A DNA stretch of 64,000 nt, taken from assembly GCA_000091205.1 (NCBI GenBank), contig AP006501.2, one strand, 5' to 3'. Position 1 is the stretch's first letter. Each line of letters begins with the position of its first letter. The position numbers and the translations under genes were made by a program. The notes under the pieces are model-generated. The model saw only the letters and a program-made list of their open reading frames with translations. It searched no databases and was not told where the DNA came from. Below are positions 52,729 to 64,000 of the stretch, piece after piece. This DNA is from Cyanidioschyzon merolae (Eukaryota).

Positions 52729-55695
52729 GTGCGCGCGCACGCGCCCTACCTCGGGACTGGACTCGATGCACACGCGCACGCATGTCGCCGCTGGATGCAT
52801 GCGTGCCGTGTCGATGCACCGCCGGATCCCGCAGTTGCCGTCGCTGCTGCTGCTGCTGCTGCTGCTGCTTCTGACGCTGCAACCAGGACACTGTGCATGC
52901 CAGTTTGGTCACCTTCCGCGTTCATCCCTCAGGTGAGCCCTCACGGGTCCTGGCTAGCCACTCAAATAAAGTACGGCCTAGGTAAGGATCTTGTCTGCGT
53001 GAGGAACGGCGTTGCCAAAAGACCAAAACTGCGCAGAGCTAGCCGTGTGCGCGACGGCGGGGCGCTTCCGGTCCGGTTGACAGCAGAGGTCGGTGCTGGT
53101 CAGCGTGAACAGGAATTGGACGCTTTGATCGTGAGAAATGGGAGCTCGGGTTTGAGGCACGCCCTGACTGCTGGGCCAAGAGTTGGATATGCAAACTTCA
53201 AAGAGCTTCTGCTTACCCTCGTTTGTGGCATGGTTGTCGCACTGGTGCTTTGGCCGACGCGCAGGCCCCGGTTTGTGCACAGTGCGCGAGAATCAATATG
53301 GACCAAGGTTCTCTTTTCGTGCAGATCTTCGGCACTCGGTTCTCGGAGAGAGCCAGTGGCTACTTCACGTCGCGTTGAAGTTCCGAAAAGCCTACTGGCG
53401 TGTGCCTCGCCAGCGCCGACCGCGATACAAACCACGGATATCGCGAGCGAGCGAACGCTTCGCGGGAAGCTGATCAAAGTGGGGCGAGAAGCCACTCATT
53501 TTGAAATGCATGAACCTGTCGCAGACGCATTGGCGGTGCTCATTGCGACGGTTATTGTGGTACCGATCATGAAGCGATTGAGAATGTCGCCGATCTTGGG
53601 GTTCCTTCTCGCTGGGGTGGTCATGGGCCCGAATGGTTTGAAAATTGTGAAGGAAATCGGTGCGAGCAAAGCCTTGGCAGAGCTTGGAGTTGTCTTCTTC
53701 CTTTTCGAAATGGGACTTGAACTCAGCGTAGCGCGCCTCAAGTCACTGTTTATGGATGTGTTTGGTCTAGGTCTTGCACAGTTCGTCGTGACTGGTGTTG
53801 CACTCGGATTCGCTTGTACAAGCGCAGGCCTCGATATTCGCGCTGCTTTTGTAGTAGGAGGTGCGCTTGCCCTATCTTCATCAGCATTCGTGCTTCAGAT
53901 GCTGAACGAGAGAGGCGAGATCGGAACGCGCTTCGGCCGCGGTGCTTTTGGCATCCTGCTGTTTCAAGATCTCGCTGTGGTGCCGCTTCTTGTTGTAGTG
54001 CCGCTCTTGGGCGCCAGTGGAGGCGGCATGTCGTTGGCGACAGCCTTGAGCGTCGCAGCAGCAAAGGGTCTTATCGCTCTCGTGAGCATCTACTTTGCCG
54101 GGCATTTTCTATTCGATCCCGTCTTCAATGCGACTGCCGGGGCGAAATCGCCTGAGGCGTTCGTCGCCACCATCCTTGCCACTGTTCTCGGTATGAGCGC
54201 GCTGACCGAAGGCTTTGGCTTGAGCGACACACTGGGGGCATTTCTCGCAGGCACGCTTCTGGCGGAAACCAGATATCGACACCAGATCGAAGCAGACATT
54301 ATGCCCTTTCGCGGGTTGCTCTTGGGCTTGTTTTTCATGACTGTTGGCTTCGGAATCGACATGCGCTTGCTGGTGGGAAATCTGCGAGTGGTTCTGCTCC
54401 TCATTCTCGGTGTGTTAGCGCTCAAAGCAGGGATCATCACGGCACTCGCTCGACTATTCGGTTTCAGTTTTGCCAATTCACAGCGAACCGGTCTCATTCT
54501 TGCCCAAGGCGGTGAGTTCGCGTTTGTCGTCCTCGGACTTGCGCAGCGCAGCAGCGTTCTGGATCCTGCACTGACCCAGCTTCTCAACCTGGTGATCGCT
54601 TTAAGCATGGCGTGCACGCCGATACTTTTCGCTCTGGGACTTCGAATCGCGTCTGCAATTGAACAGCGACGAGGGTTAATCGGCACCCGCTCCGAAGATG
54701 TTAGCGCTGCCAGTGATTTCGTGCTCGTGGCCGGGTACGGCCGAGTGGGACAAGCGATTTGTGACATGCTCAGCGCGCGCTTCATTCCATGGGTGGCATT
54801 CGATACGAGTCCCACACGTGTTATTGAAGCGAGAAAGAAAGGTCTTCCCGTCTTCTTTGGTGACGCTTGCCGTCCTGATGTTTTACGGACTGCGGGTGCG
54901 GGAAAAGCGCGAGCGATCGTGGTCACTGTGCGAGATCCGGATGCGGCTTTCCGTGCAGTGACCGCCATTCGCCAGGAATTTCCCGAAAAACCGGTCTTTG
55001 CGAGAGCGCGCGATGAGCGCCATCGAAAAATGCTGTCTATGGCCGGAGCGACAGCCATTGTACCCGAGATTCTCGAATCCAGTCTCCTTCTCGGAGGAGC
55101 CGTCCTTCACGCCTTCAATGTTCCAGCGGAAGAAATTTCTCGTCTGATTGAGGATGCACGCAAACGTGCCGTCAGCGAATTCGGACTCGAAATGTTTGGT
55201 GAACTGTCTTCAGAGAAGATGGGCATGTGGCGGTACAAGGCGGAAGAGACATCACGCCAGAGCCCGAATGGCAGCATCTCGACAGCAGCTAGTGCAGTGG
55301 GCTCTTTACTGGCTGCCGCACCTACTGCACAGGCACATGGCGACCGAGACGGTGACTTTTCTGAAAGCACAGATTCTCAGCTGGAAAATGAAGGTAGAGA
55401 CAAGTCCCGCTCGACTGATGATGAGCAGAACGGAGCCGACTCCGATGCTGGCCGTGAGCGAATCCGAGCAGATACGCATTTGGACGTAGAAACGAGCGAC
55501 GAGGAACTCGAGGTCGATGAGGGTGAGCTCATCCCGGAAAGCGCCCTTCGCATGCCTGGACCCATCACACCGTCAAGCTCCAAACAAGTTCGTCACGAGG
55601 ATGAATATCCCGAATACCCTCCGTATCCACTGGACGAGGACATTTCGACAACCGGCAGCCCGGCCGACGCACGTCGAGAAGGAGGCAATTTGTGA
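52729..55695 (+). CDS. KefB/KEA-type K+/H+ antiporter (CPA2) with RCK/TrkA-N domain and acidic C-terminal tail; start uncertain
   Basis: CPA2 membrane core starts about IATVIVVPIMKRLRMSPILGFLLAGVVMGPNGL and includes GILLFQDLAVVPLLV. It is followed by a Rossmann TrkA-N motif (FVLVAGYGRVGQAICDML). The N-terminal about 250 aa is an extension carrying a (CTG)9-encoded poly-Ala stretch. Confidence 0.8.
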   Translation: MRAHAPYLGTGLDAHAHACRRWMHACRVDAPPDPAVAVAAAAAAAAASDAATRTLCMPVWSPSAFIPQVSPHGSWLATQIKYGLGKDLVCVRNGVAKRPKLRRASRVRDGGALPVRLTAEVGAGQREQELDALIVRNGSSGLRHALTAGPRVGYANFKELLLTLVCGMVVALVLWPTRRPRFVHSARESIWTKVLFSCRSSALGSRREPVATSRRVEVPKSLLACASPAPTAIQTTDIASERTLRGKLIKVGREATHFEMHEPVADALAVLIATVIVVPIMKRLRMSPILGFLLAGVVMGPNGLKIVKEIGASKALAELGVVFFLFEMGLELSVARLKSLFMDVFGLGLAQFVVTGVALGFACTSAGLDIRAAFVVGGALALSSSAFVLQMLNERGEIGTRFGRGAFGILLFQDLAVVPLLVVVPLLGASGGGMSLATALSVAAAKGLIALVSIYFAGHFLFDPVFNATAGAKSPEAFVATILATVLGMSALTEGFGLSDTLGAFLAGTLLAETRYRHQIEADIMPFRGLLLGLFFMTVGFGIDMRLLVGNLRVVLLLILGVLALKAGIITALARLFGFSFANSQRTGLILAQGGEFAFVVLGLAQRSSVLDPALTQLLNLVIALSMACTPILFALGLRIASAIEQRRGLIGTRSEDVSAASDFVLVAGYGRVGQAICDMLSARFIPWVAFDTSPTRVIEARKKGLPVFFGDACRPDVLRTAGAGKARAIVVTVRDPDAAFRAVTAIRQEFPEKPVFARARDERHRKMLSMAGATAIVPEILESSLLLGGAVLHAFNVPAEEISRLIEDARKRAVSEFGLEMFGELSSEKMGMWRYKAEETSRQSPNGSISTAASAVGSLLAAAPTAQAHGDRDGDFSESTDSQLENEGRDKSRSTDDEQNGADSDAGRERIRADTHLDVETSDEELEVDEGELIPESALRMPGPITPSSSKQVRHEDEYPEYPPYPLDEDISTTGSPADARREGGNL
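52844..52870. repeat. (CTG)9 microsatellite
   Basis: Direct read. Lies in the N-terminal extension of the antiporter ORF. Confidence 0.9.
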
Positions 55696-56121
55696 GCACA
55701 GAGTCTGCGTTCTTAGAGTGCTCGCACTGGGACTTGTACGCGTGCCATCGGTTTTGGAAAGCGGTCCAAGGTACGGTCCTGTGATGTATATGCGCGCGCA
55801 CCATGTGATAGCTTTGGCGCAGGCTCTACGAAGCGCAGTCAAGTCTGGATCACGATGATCTCCATATCGCGTGCGCTCTCGTGTCTGTCGTGGTGATTTT
55901 CGCCTTTGTAAAAAGTGTTCATGCAATGCCTTTCGGAGATTCGTCGCTTCTCAGCCGACGCGCGCTCATATGACCTCACAAGAACTGCTGCGGCCAGAGA
56001 ATCCGCACTGAACGCTCCAAAGGCTCCGTGTCCGCTTGCAGAATCTGTACGTGACCTGCAGGCCGCAATCCCGCCGAATGATGTTGCAGCACGGGTAAAG
56101 TAGCCGCTGCGCTGCATCGGA

Positions 56122-56305
56122 TTTTTTTCATTGACAAAACGTGTGCATAGGCCAGTGCTCTCCGATTATGCGCATTTTTCTTTTCTTTCTCTTTTATTTT
56201 GTGTTTAACTTCAGTGCGCGGTAATGTATCTATAAAGCCCCCTACCTCCAAGTTACATTACCTATGCTGATTCTCGGATATTCTGGTCGTTTCATACTTC
56301 CTATC
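56122..56305. repeat. About 180-bp dispersed repeat R, copy 2
   Basis: TTTTTTTCATTGACAAAACGTGTGCATAGGCCAG...TCTCCGATTATGCGCATTTTTCTTTTCTT...CAGTGCGCGGT...TTCTCGGATATTCTGGTCGTTTC is shared with 7067..7245. Confidence 0.6.
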
Positions 56306-57903
56306 GTGTGTGCCTAGAGCCTGCCTTTCCGCATCCGCCGTTGCGCTTGAACCGCTGGAGCAGATAGTTCATAGAGCTAGAACAGCTTTTCTATACCCCA
56401 GAGGGCGTCGGCTCGAGGGGTGCTTCACCCGACGTAGAATCGGGTCTCGTCGTCAGTTTGTGCTCGGACAGTCTGCGGATGCAAGCTCGCCTTCGCGGCA
56501 CGACACGCTGGAGAAACTTGGCTGTTAGGATAAATCCTGGGAGTCGCCTCTCTCCTTCGTGATCATGCATGGAATGCGTTGTTGTCGGTTGGCAATGCGG
56601 GTTTGTGCTTGACGCTCACCACAGTGGATAGGCGCAGAAAGCATACTAAACCCGTGTGCGCATCCGATTCGCTGGACCTTGCGCCTAGAAGGTAGCATGT
56701 GAGTTTATTCGCCACGAATGAGCGCTGAGGCTCGGTTAGCGGACCACCAGTTGCCAGTGCTGCACTCAGAGTGAGTGTCCGGCCTTCGACTATCACGGTG
56801 ATATCCAGCTGATGCCGTCCTTCAAGGAGCTCGCTGCGCTCCTGCTTCCAGCGCGGGCACTGTAACAGTAAATATGTCAGCGTCTCGGGGTTATCGTCTC
56901 CACAGCAGGGACATTGTGATTCTCAGTGCAATCCCAGTGTTCCTATACGGCTTAGAGTCGGTGCTGCTAGCCAGAAGCCACCAACGCGGATTTTGGCGCG
57001 CCACTGGCTACCGCGCGCAAGTCCCGGGAGCTCCAGCGCCTCCCACCAGTACTTGCATGTGTATGCCGGGTTCTAGTTCCGGTATGGAGTCAAGACGGGC
57101 GTTACTGGCGCGACTGGTTCCGTGTCTACGTTCCCATATTGCTTTCTGGACGGTTCGCTTGAGGCGGCGGGAGCCTTCTACATTTCCGGGAAACGATTGG
57201 AGAGCGTGTCTTCGCCTACGGAGAGATCAGATTGCGCGCACGCTCATCGCCGCTGATTGAAATTGGCCCGTTCGCGCGTCATGACCCGTATCGTTGACAC
57301 GCGGGTCATTCTGAAGCGCGCATCGCGCCTGCGCCCGCGCCGCAGCGGCCGCAGTGCTACGTGTCCACGTATCGAGCGATCCGCATGCGTGCGGTAAACG
57401 GATCAGCACGTGCGTTCGTTCGTGCGTGACAGGGCATCGAGCGAAAACGGATCCCCGCTGAGGCCAGTAACGTCGATGCCTGAAGCAACATGTCAATGAG
57501 CCTGGTCCGTCGATGACGTTTCGTCGGAGGTGTTGGCCTCCCCAGAACGTCGTTGTATGCTCATGTACGGGTTGATATTGGGTTAGGTTTAGGTTCGAGG
57601 TCAAGTCAACTGTGCCTGTTATCTGGTTCGCCATTGACGTGTGGCTCGGTATCGCTGAGCGGTACCCAGCGCTGTGGGCCACTGTGTGCATATAGTTGAG
57701 GTGCACTTTGGGGTCCTCGAGGTTCGGTGGAAGTTGCCTGTTTGCAACTTGTTACTTGCACACAACGATTACGCACCGTTTCGAAGGCGAAACGCCCTCG
57801 TAGCGCCACAGCGAGTACGCGCTTGTAGAACAAGTTCACGGAAAGCGTCTGCAGCCGAGTCGTCTGGTGCCTGTGCGCAGTCGGCTCCGAGTCAGAGCCA
57901 CCG

Positions 57904-59780
57904 GTGTGCTGCGTTGACGCGTGCGACAACGCCGATCGCCGTCCTTCTCCGCGGAAACGACTCGCCACGCTATCGCAAGTTGTGTCGGATTTTCGTTGGA
58001 GCTTGCCCACTGGTACCGCCACCATGCAGCTACGCGAAAACGCTGCAGGCAGCGGACTACTCACGGATAATGCATGTATGGAGATCCATCGACCGGTCCC
58101 GGGTACCGCAGGGCGAGCATCGCCAACGTTTCACATCCTCGTGCCGCTAACCGATCCACGGTACGCTGACGCAGATCCGGGCGGCTCGAAGCAAATGCGG
58201 CTGCCTCTGGTGGTCGACGAGGCGACCGCGTTGCCGACACCACCGCCAAAGTCCGCGATAACCTCGCCAGCGACCCCACATTCGCTGCAACAAGAGACCT
58301 CTGATGTCGTCGACGCCCGTTACCAAAGCGGCCCGCTGCGTCGTTCCCTGAGATTGTCACCGTCGGGCAGCCTCCACGGCGATGAGCTCCTCGACAAGAT
58401 CCTGCGGCACGCGGAATGGCTGCAGGCCTTGGGCGCCGGCGCAGTTGGCCTGGTGCTCCTGTCTCGGTGGTTTCCACAAGTTGCGATCAAAGTATCTCTC
58501 TACGAAACCGGATTTCGAACCGCACTCTTCATGCACCCCACGCGAAGCGAGCCGGCTATGATGCGTCTACTAATGAGGACGCTCCTGGTAGGACGGGCAA
58601 CCTCGCATCTTCCGGTTCTTTTCGGGGAGCGCCACGATGTGCCGTTGTCCGCGCTGCGCATCCCCGAGGCCTTCTGGCGAAGCGGTACCGCCGCAACCGA
58701 GCTTCGTCAGTGGATAGAGCGGCGTTAAAACCGCGATCCTGAGCGCTGCAGTATTCTCGCATGGAGCGTTGCACCGGTGGAACGCTCTTTCACGCCCTCT
58801 GTCGGGGCACTGCACCGGGAATCGACATTTCGGCCGTGCGTGAGCTCACTTTTCAGATTGTGTTCACGCTTGCCGTGCTTCTGCGCTTCCATCCGAACTG
58901 GAAGCATAACGACCTCTCGCTTGCCAACGTTATGCTTCGACGGCGTGGTTCGCTCACGACTGCGTGCCTTGGCACGTGTCAGGTCTTGGTTGGTCTCGCT
59001 GGCGCTGGTGCACGGACACCAGCATCGACGCTGCAGCTGGTGCGTCCATCGAGCGCCCCAGAGGCTGGCCCTGTGCGTTACCGCCGATACGCGTTTGAAG
59101 GTCACATTTGGTATCTTGGGTTGCGCCCCGAACAACCGTACGAGGCCGTGATCGCCGATTTTGATTTTGCCTGCATCGAGCCGCTCATCAGCAACGCCAC
59201 AGTAGACTTTTTCGAGCGTCAATCCCGTTACCACTGTTATCGGATCAACAGTGAACGAGACTGGTATGGCGACATCCAAATGCGGTTAAGCAATCTCCGT
59301 GAGGTCGTCCAGCACTTGATTCGGCGCCGCTGGGAGACGCAGCGGCCATCAGGGACCTCGGCGCTGTCGACCTCGGTGGAGCGAGGCGCTCAGGACATGC
59401 TCTTGCCCGAGGAGCGTGATGCCATGGAGTTTTTCGAGCGTTGCGTTCATCCCAACTGCCGCGATACAGCAGATCGCTCACTCCGCGGTCGCCTACCGCC
59501 GAATACTGTAGATCTCGACGAGCGCTACAACCCGATCCATATGCTGCTTTTCGATCCGTATTTTGATCCATTCTTACGAACGCCAGAATGGGGTTCGGGA
59601 GCGATGCTCGAAGCATCTTACGCTTGGCCAATCGAGTGTGCAGCGAGTATCGATGCCAACGGGGCAAGCCGCGTCGAGGGTGCCGGTCTGAGGACTCATG
59701 CCTCACTTTGGAGCGCATCCTCACCGATTCGTTGTGACTGGGAACACATCCGTGGCTCCTGGGCAGCCGACGGTGCCTAG
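57904..59780 (+). CDS. Protein-kinase-like protein, predicted pseudokinase (HND/DFD variants); putative 59-nt intron at 58685..58743
   Basis: Gly-loop and VAIK region (LGAGAVGLVLLSRWFPQVAIKVS). After removing the GT...AG intron, a hinge (LQYSRMERCTGGTLFHAL), catalytic loop (HNDLSLANVML) and activation segment (IADFDFAC). The in-frame stop at 58726 lies inside the proposed intron. Confidence 0.6.
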
Positions 59781-60353
59781 CGCGCTAGCCCCCGTCTCGC
59801 ACGTCAATGCAGCAAATCAGCTGTAAGGCGAGTTTGCTTGGCGCCGGACTGGGCGATATGCGCTGACGCAAGAGTTCTGTGCTACGGGCAGGGGTTTTGT
59901 GTCATCGATTGCATGTCGCAAGTGTATGCTCCTGGGGGAACGCACAGAGCATCCTCGTCGCCGTCTTCGCGGGTGCTTCTCCAGGAGACATCGCGTCCAT
60001 TAACCGCCTTGATGTTCAGCGACAGGAGTCGTCGTCGTGGCGTTCATAACAGTGCAGCCTGATTGTATCGCGTTTGAGCGAGCGCTCTCTGGAATACGCG
60101 CGTTCTTGACGCGTCCGTGACCAGGGACAGCCCCAGACACGTGTAGCCTCAAAATACGGTATGGGCGAGCATAAGCCTCTGGCGGCTTTTCCGTGCTATT
60201 TGATCAACAAGTCCAGTATTTGAGCTCTATTTGCGCAAACGGTGTCAGTTACCAGACGATAAACGCTACCTCTGCAGTGCAGGCTTCCATCTCTCACGAC
60301 TAGTGCAACCACCAGCGGCACCGGCGCGCACGCACGACAATCCTGCGATTCGA

Positions 60354-60385
60354 CAGCAGCCGCAGCAGCCGCAGCAGCCGCAGCA
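60354..60385. repeat. (CAGCAGCCG)3-4 compound microsatellite
   Basis: Direct read. Confidence 0.85.
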
Positions 60386-61511
60386 TCATCCGCTATTGGT
60401 GAGTTTCGCTGGCGGGCTTGCACACGTGAGCGTGGCTGCTACCCATGGTGGTATCAGAGATCATCATTGCTCTGACCGTTGCATATTTGGGTCCAAAAAG
60501 ATCATATCGACTGGTTCTCAAAGGAGAGCGATACCTTTTCCACAAGAGCTTGCTACGGAACTGGTTATGCCGGCGGCGGCGCGAGGGCGGACTCGCCGCG
60601 CATGCAGCCTGCGACTTTCCGCAGTGTCAGTGTTTCCCTCACTTGTTCATTCGTCGAATATTTCATGGTGCATATAGGTTGATGAATCGATCGCATTTGC
60701 GGCGTACCGCGTCCGAGCTCAACGCTGATCGCGGGCCTGACGGAAGCGACTCCAGAAAGGAGTAGCGCGCTGTGTGTTCCAGGGGCGCACGTCCGAGTGC
60801 AGCTGCAAGTTTTGTCTTTCATCTAGTCATATTAGAGCCCTTTGATATTCTGCCGAGCACAGTGTACGTAGCGCTCTTGGGGCCGCAGTTGCACGCCTAC
60901 CCAACGAACGCGTCTATGCCACTGGCGAAGAGGCAAAGTCGCTCCTGCATAGCACGAGCCGCAGCGCATCGCTCGATATGCGTAGACATTCTTCGTGGTC
61001 TGTTGCGATGTCATGGCGCTGAAAGCGAATATCGACAATCGAAACGGACCCATGAAAAGGTGTTGCATGTTCAGAGATAATCGCTCGCATGTTTAAGAAA
61101 CACTGAGTTTTTTGGAATGTAGACTTGTTGAGATACGAGACGGTGATCCCCGATTCCGCAATGGGTATCGGCGTCCGTGAGAACACGTATCGCCGAGAGG
61201 TTTTGTAAGCGTTGCGAGAGCGCACCATATCGGCATTGGGACGTGCAACGATGAAGCAGTTTCCAGCTTGCGCTGCTGCTGCGCATGCGGTTGATGTTTG
61301 CAAATGGAGACGGCGTATTACGTCGCCTCACTGGATACAATGCTGTTGCAGCGCCCCAGAGGTAATGCGCGAGATGCGTGTGTGATACCTGCCTTCCGAG
61401 CACTGCGCCGAAGTGCATTCCACTCGAGACCATATCTCGTACGGTAGGAATCCGTTCTCAGGGTTTTAGGTATCACTGGATTCACTCGCCCAGAGAATGG
61501 GACATGGGAAT

Positions 61512-63773
61512 TCAAGAGCGCGCCGACATCCGTCGCCGTTTCGTTTTGGAACCGGATCCGAACGACGTCCCTGTGCCGTCCATGCATTCCGACGTCGTTC
61601 GCAGCATGAGTTCCTCGGTTTCGGCTAACAAACTCAATGCCAAAGAATCATCGTCTCGATCGCCGTTAGCATCCGGTGGTTGCTTTTCTGCACCACTGAC
61701 CTGTGATGCTCCTGCGCTTAATCCATCGCAAGCCAACTTTCGGACGGCATTCTGAAGACGCGTTGAACGAATACGTGCAAAGCGATGCGGCTGGAAAAAG
61801 GAGTCGATGCGTGTCTGGCGCTCACGATGTCGCTGAAACGCCTGGACAACAGGACCAAGCGCTTGCTCTAACTTGGCCGAGTCCCAGCCGAACAGATCAT
61901 GACAAAATGCCCGCAAAGCGACTGGATCCGGTCCGCAATTCGGAAAAAGTTCGCGACGCCGATGAAGCCAGGAGGTGTCCACTTGCGGCCGCAAGAATGC
62001 TTCAATGACGTGGCGGTTCGGAAACGTCTTGTCAAGTAGGTTCCAATTGCGCTTCATGTTGATGTGGAGCTTTTTGAATGCGGCGCGTCGCGGCTCTGGA
62101 TCGCTCACACTCGCTGGATCATCGCCAAGATGAACAGCGTCTAGCCATTCGCGAAAATCTTGCAGTCCGCGAAATGGCTCGCGTTCGGGACTTGTGTCTG
62201 GACAAGCAGGGTCAGGGTCTCTGCAAAACGCCTCCACGATTTCGGTTGCGTTCACAATCCCAACCCCGTAGACGCCGTCACTGTAATCGCTGCCGAGCAA
62301 CAATCCCAAGCAAATAAGCTTGTCACGTGATAGGCCCATGTTCCGTTCAATGCGATTCATCTCGTACTCCTCTACATATTTTGAGTCCTCAAAGATGTGC
62401 CTGTAAACACGACTAGCGCCAAAGAGGAAAGCGTCAGAGTCCTCCGTCACGACGGCGTCGACGATGCCAGCGCGATCGAGGAAAGCGCACTGTGCTTCCG
62501 CTTCCATCGCTGCCTCAATATACGGGATTCCAAGCAACTGAAGCAGTCTCTTGGTGTCCGCGAACATTTGCTCCGTTACCGAGTCAGCGTGTCTGGCGGC
62601 AGCGGCATATTCCGAACGAAGTTTGGCGAGATCCATCTCCTCGTGCTCAGCAAACATGGGCTCCATGCGCTGGCGCTCAGTGGCGTCATCCGCCCGAGCG
62701 TTCATCGCTAGTGCACCACGATGCTCACCGGTTCCGGCGGCGTTGTTTGCCGCTTCCGTTGTGTCCATCAGAAACGACCTATGCGCTGGTATGAGGCCTC
62801 TCGCGGCTCCAAATTTGGCGCGTTGCTGCGAGCGCCACTCGGAATGATCGCACTCGTGATGCGTGCGCGCTGCGATGCCGCCGTCGAGCGTGCCACACGC
62901 ATCGACCGAGGCCTCTTGTCTTGAATCCTCTGAGCGGTCATCAGGTGATATTCCAGCATCCGATCCAGGTGGCAGTTCTTGCGATATTGAATTGCGCCCT
63001 GGTTCGTGATATGCGGCGGCATCCGCGGGCGCTGCCGAGTTCCAAGTGTTAGCGGCGACTGGGCGGCGACAATCTATCTGTTCATCGGCAAGCAACGGCA
63101 CTGCACGGACGTTCGAAGACTCGCGTGCAGGCTGCGTCGCTTCGAAAGCGGCTGGTCCGACAGCATCGTTTGCTGCGCTACCGATATCGATGCTGGGTGT
63201 GTCCGCAGTTTCACGTGGCTCGATTGCGGGTCTGGTGAGCGAATCTGCGTGTTCTGTGGATACCATCTCAGTATATTTTGCGACAGAGGACAGCTTTTTC
63301 ATTGGCGCTTCTGTGTTTGACTCTGCACCGGATCTATCCAGCGTAGCGTTGCTCAAGTGCTTCGCTTGGGCTGTTCGTTTCTGAAGGTTGTGCTCGCTCG
63401 ACAGGCGTCTGTCAGTCAGTTCCTCCGCGGACGCAAATTGCGCTTCCTGATCAGAGCCCTCGGTAGATACTTCATTCCATTCAATATTTTCCAAGAATTC
63501 AGCATCGCTCTGTTCATCGGCTCGGGCCGGTTCCAAGCGGCCGTCGGAAGAGGGCGCCTCGTTGCTCGTCGTGAACATCGTTCGACGGGTATCCTGGGGC
63601 ATGCCTACGACGTCCGAGGCGCTCAACTCGGCGTGACGCACTCGATGCCTGCAATCGGCTGCTGCATCTCCATCACGCGCATCGTGTGGCGTTTTCAGTG
63701 CAAAGCGAAAGCCGCTCGAGATCTCGCTTGCCCATTCGGTACCCGAAATTGCGTTCACCGTCATCGACTGCAC
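61512..63773 (-). CDS. XPG/Rad2 (ERCC5)-family nuclease, spacer + XPG-I domain + C-terminus; N-domain not in this ORF
   Basis: The XPG-I signature (LLQLLGIPYIEAAMEAEAQCAFLDRAGIVDAVVTEDSDAFLFGASRVYRHIF...LGLLLGSDYSDGVYGVGIVNATEIVEAF) is preceded by about 380 aa of acidic low-complexity spacer. The XPG-N domain must be upstream, beyond 63773 or the window end. Confidence 0.7.
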   Translation of the reverse strand: MQSMTVNAISGTEWASEISSGFRFALKTPHDARDGDAAADCRHRVRHAELSASDVVGMPQDTRRTMFTTSNEAPSSDGRLEPARADEQSDAEFLENIEWNEVSTEGSDQEAQFASAEELTDRRLSSEHNLQKRTAQAKHLSNATLDRSGAESNTEAPMKKLSSVAKYTEMVSTEHADSLTRPAIEPRETADTPSIDIGSAANDAVGPAAFEATQPARESSNVRAVPLLADEQIDCRRPVAANTWNSAAPADAAAYHEPGRNSISQELPPGSDAGISPDDRSEDSRQEASVDACGTLDGGIAARTHHECDHSEWRSQQRAKFGAARGLIPAHRSFLMDTTEAANNAAGTGEHRGALAMNARADDATERQRMEPMFAEHEEMDLAKLRSEYAAAARHADSVTEQMFADTKRLLQLLGIPYIEAAMEAEAQCAFLDRAGIVDAVVTEDSDAFLFGASRVYRHIFEDSKYVEEYEMNRIERNMGLSRDKLICLGLLLGSDYSDGVYGVGIVNATEIVEAFCRDPDPACPDTSPEREPFRGLQDFREWLDAVHLGDDPASVSDPEPRRAAFKKLHINMKRNWNLLDKTFPNRHVIEAFLRPQVDTSWLHRRRELFPNCGPDPVALRAFCHDLFGWDSAKLEQALGPVVQAFQRHRERQTRIDSFFQPHRFARIRSTRLQNAVRKLACDGLSAGASQVSGAEKQPPDANGDRDDDSLALSLLAETEELMLRTTSECMDGTGTSFGSGSKTKRRRMSARS

Positions 63774-64000
63774 CGCAGCGCTCCGCGAAGGCGCATCAGG
63801 AACGCTCGCACGAACGCATGCACCGGGGCGCTCCGTGCCGCGCGCATCTGCGGCTAGATCCCTGTTTCGGGCGGTATCCAGATTGCGCTCATTCTCTACA
63901 AGTACGTATTCACGAGTTGCGTCCGATGCAAGGCGCCTTCCGAGATGCGTCCCATGAGAGGCCCTCTGCCGAGCGTCCCGTAGTTTCGACCTGAGTTGGC

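Noticed and set aside
54090-55058. 322-aa minus-strand ORF antisense to the KEA/KefB antiporter
   Set aside because: Fully embedded antisense to a conserved CPA2 and RCK domain region. Its Arg/Ala/Ser-rich composition is typical of antisense GC-rich reading.
1-64000. Interpreting the window as a bacterial locus with IS605 TnpB copies
   Set aside because: The surrounding genes are eukaryote-specific (MAT1, ALG14, Brr6-like, NDUFS8 with presequence, secernin, ePK-like, LETM1). The candidate GT-AG introns and the NLS-like N-terminus on the nuclease also argue for a eukaryotic Fanzor-type element.

Overview
The window is eukaryotic nuclear DNA: GC-rich (about 55%), compact, and mostly made of long uninterrupted ORFs, with two genes that each appear to carry one short (56 and 59 nt) GT-AG intron. 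I can support about 25 protein-coding genes on both strands. Many are nuclear-encoded mitochondrial proteins (Tim17-family translocase, mitoribosomal S17, LETM1-like, RNase III with dsRBD, NDUFS8/TYKY, COQ5/UbiE, TspO). The others are ThrRS, YrdC/Sua5, MAT1, a PiT phosphate transporter, ALG14, a secernin-like C69 peptidase, two MDR-family oxidoreductases, an MGL-like hydrolase, a KEA/KefB antiporter, a kinase-like gene and an XPG-like nuclease. The main non-host signal is a family of at least seven degraded copies of a Fanzor/TnpB-like (OMEGA-type RuvC nuclease) element. One is near full length (about 2.7 kb, frameshifted) and keeps recognisable RuvC-I (VVGADPG), RuvC-II (LIEDE), AGxW, YKE...IDEFRTS...C and RuvC-III (NRDFNAAINI) motifs plus an NLS-like N-terminus. 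There are three 3' fragments, and three short (about 0.5 kb) internally deleted derivatives that keep only the 5' start region and the RuvC-III/3' tail; these sit immediately next to host gene starts or ends. A second, distinct TnpB-like family (CMKCV...NAAVNVLR) is present as two fragments. There are also two unclassified dispersed repeat families, several tandem repeats (a 96-bp repeat and a 22-bp minisatellite inside the long Fanzor-like copy) and GC-rich trinucleotide microsatellites. I found no rRNA, no confident tRNA and no CRISPR array.
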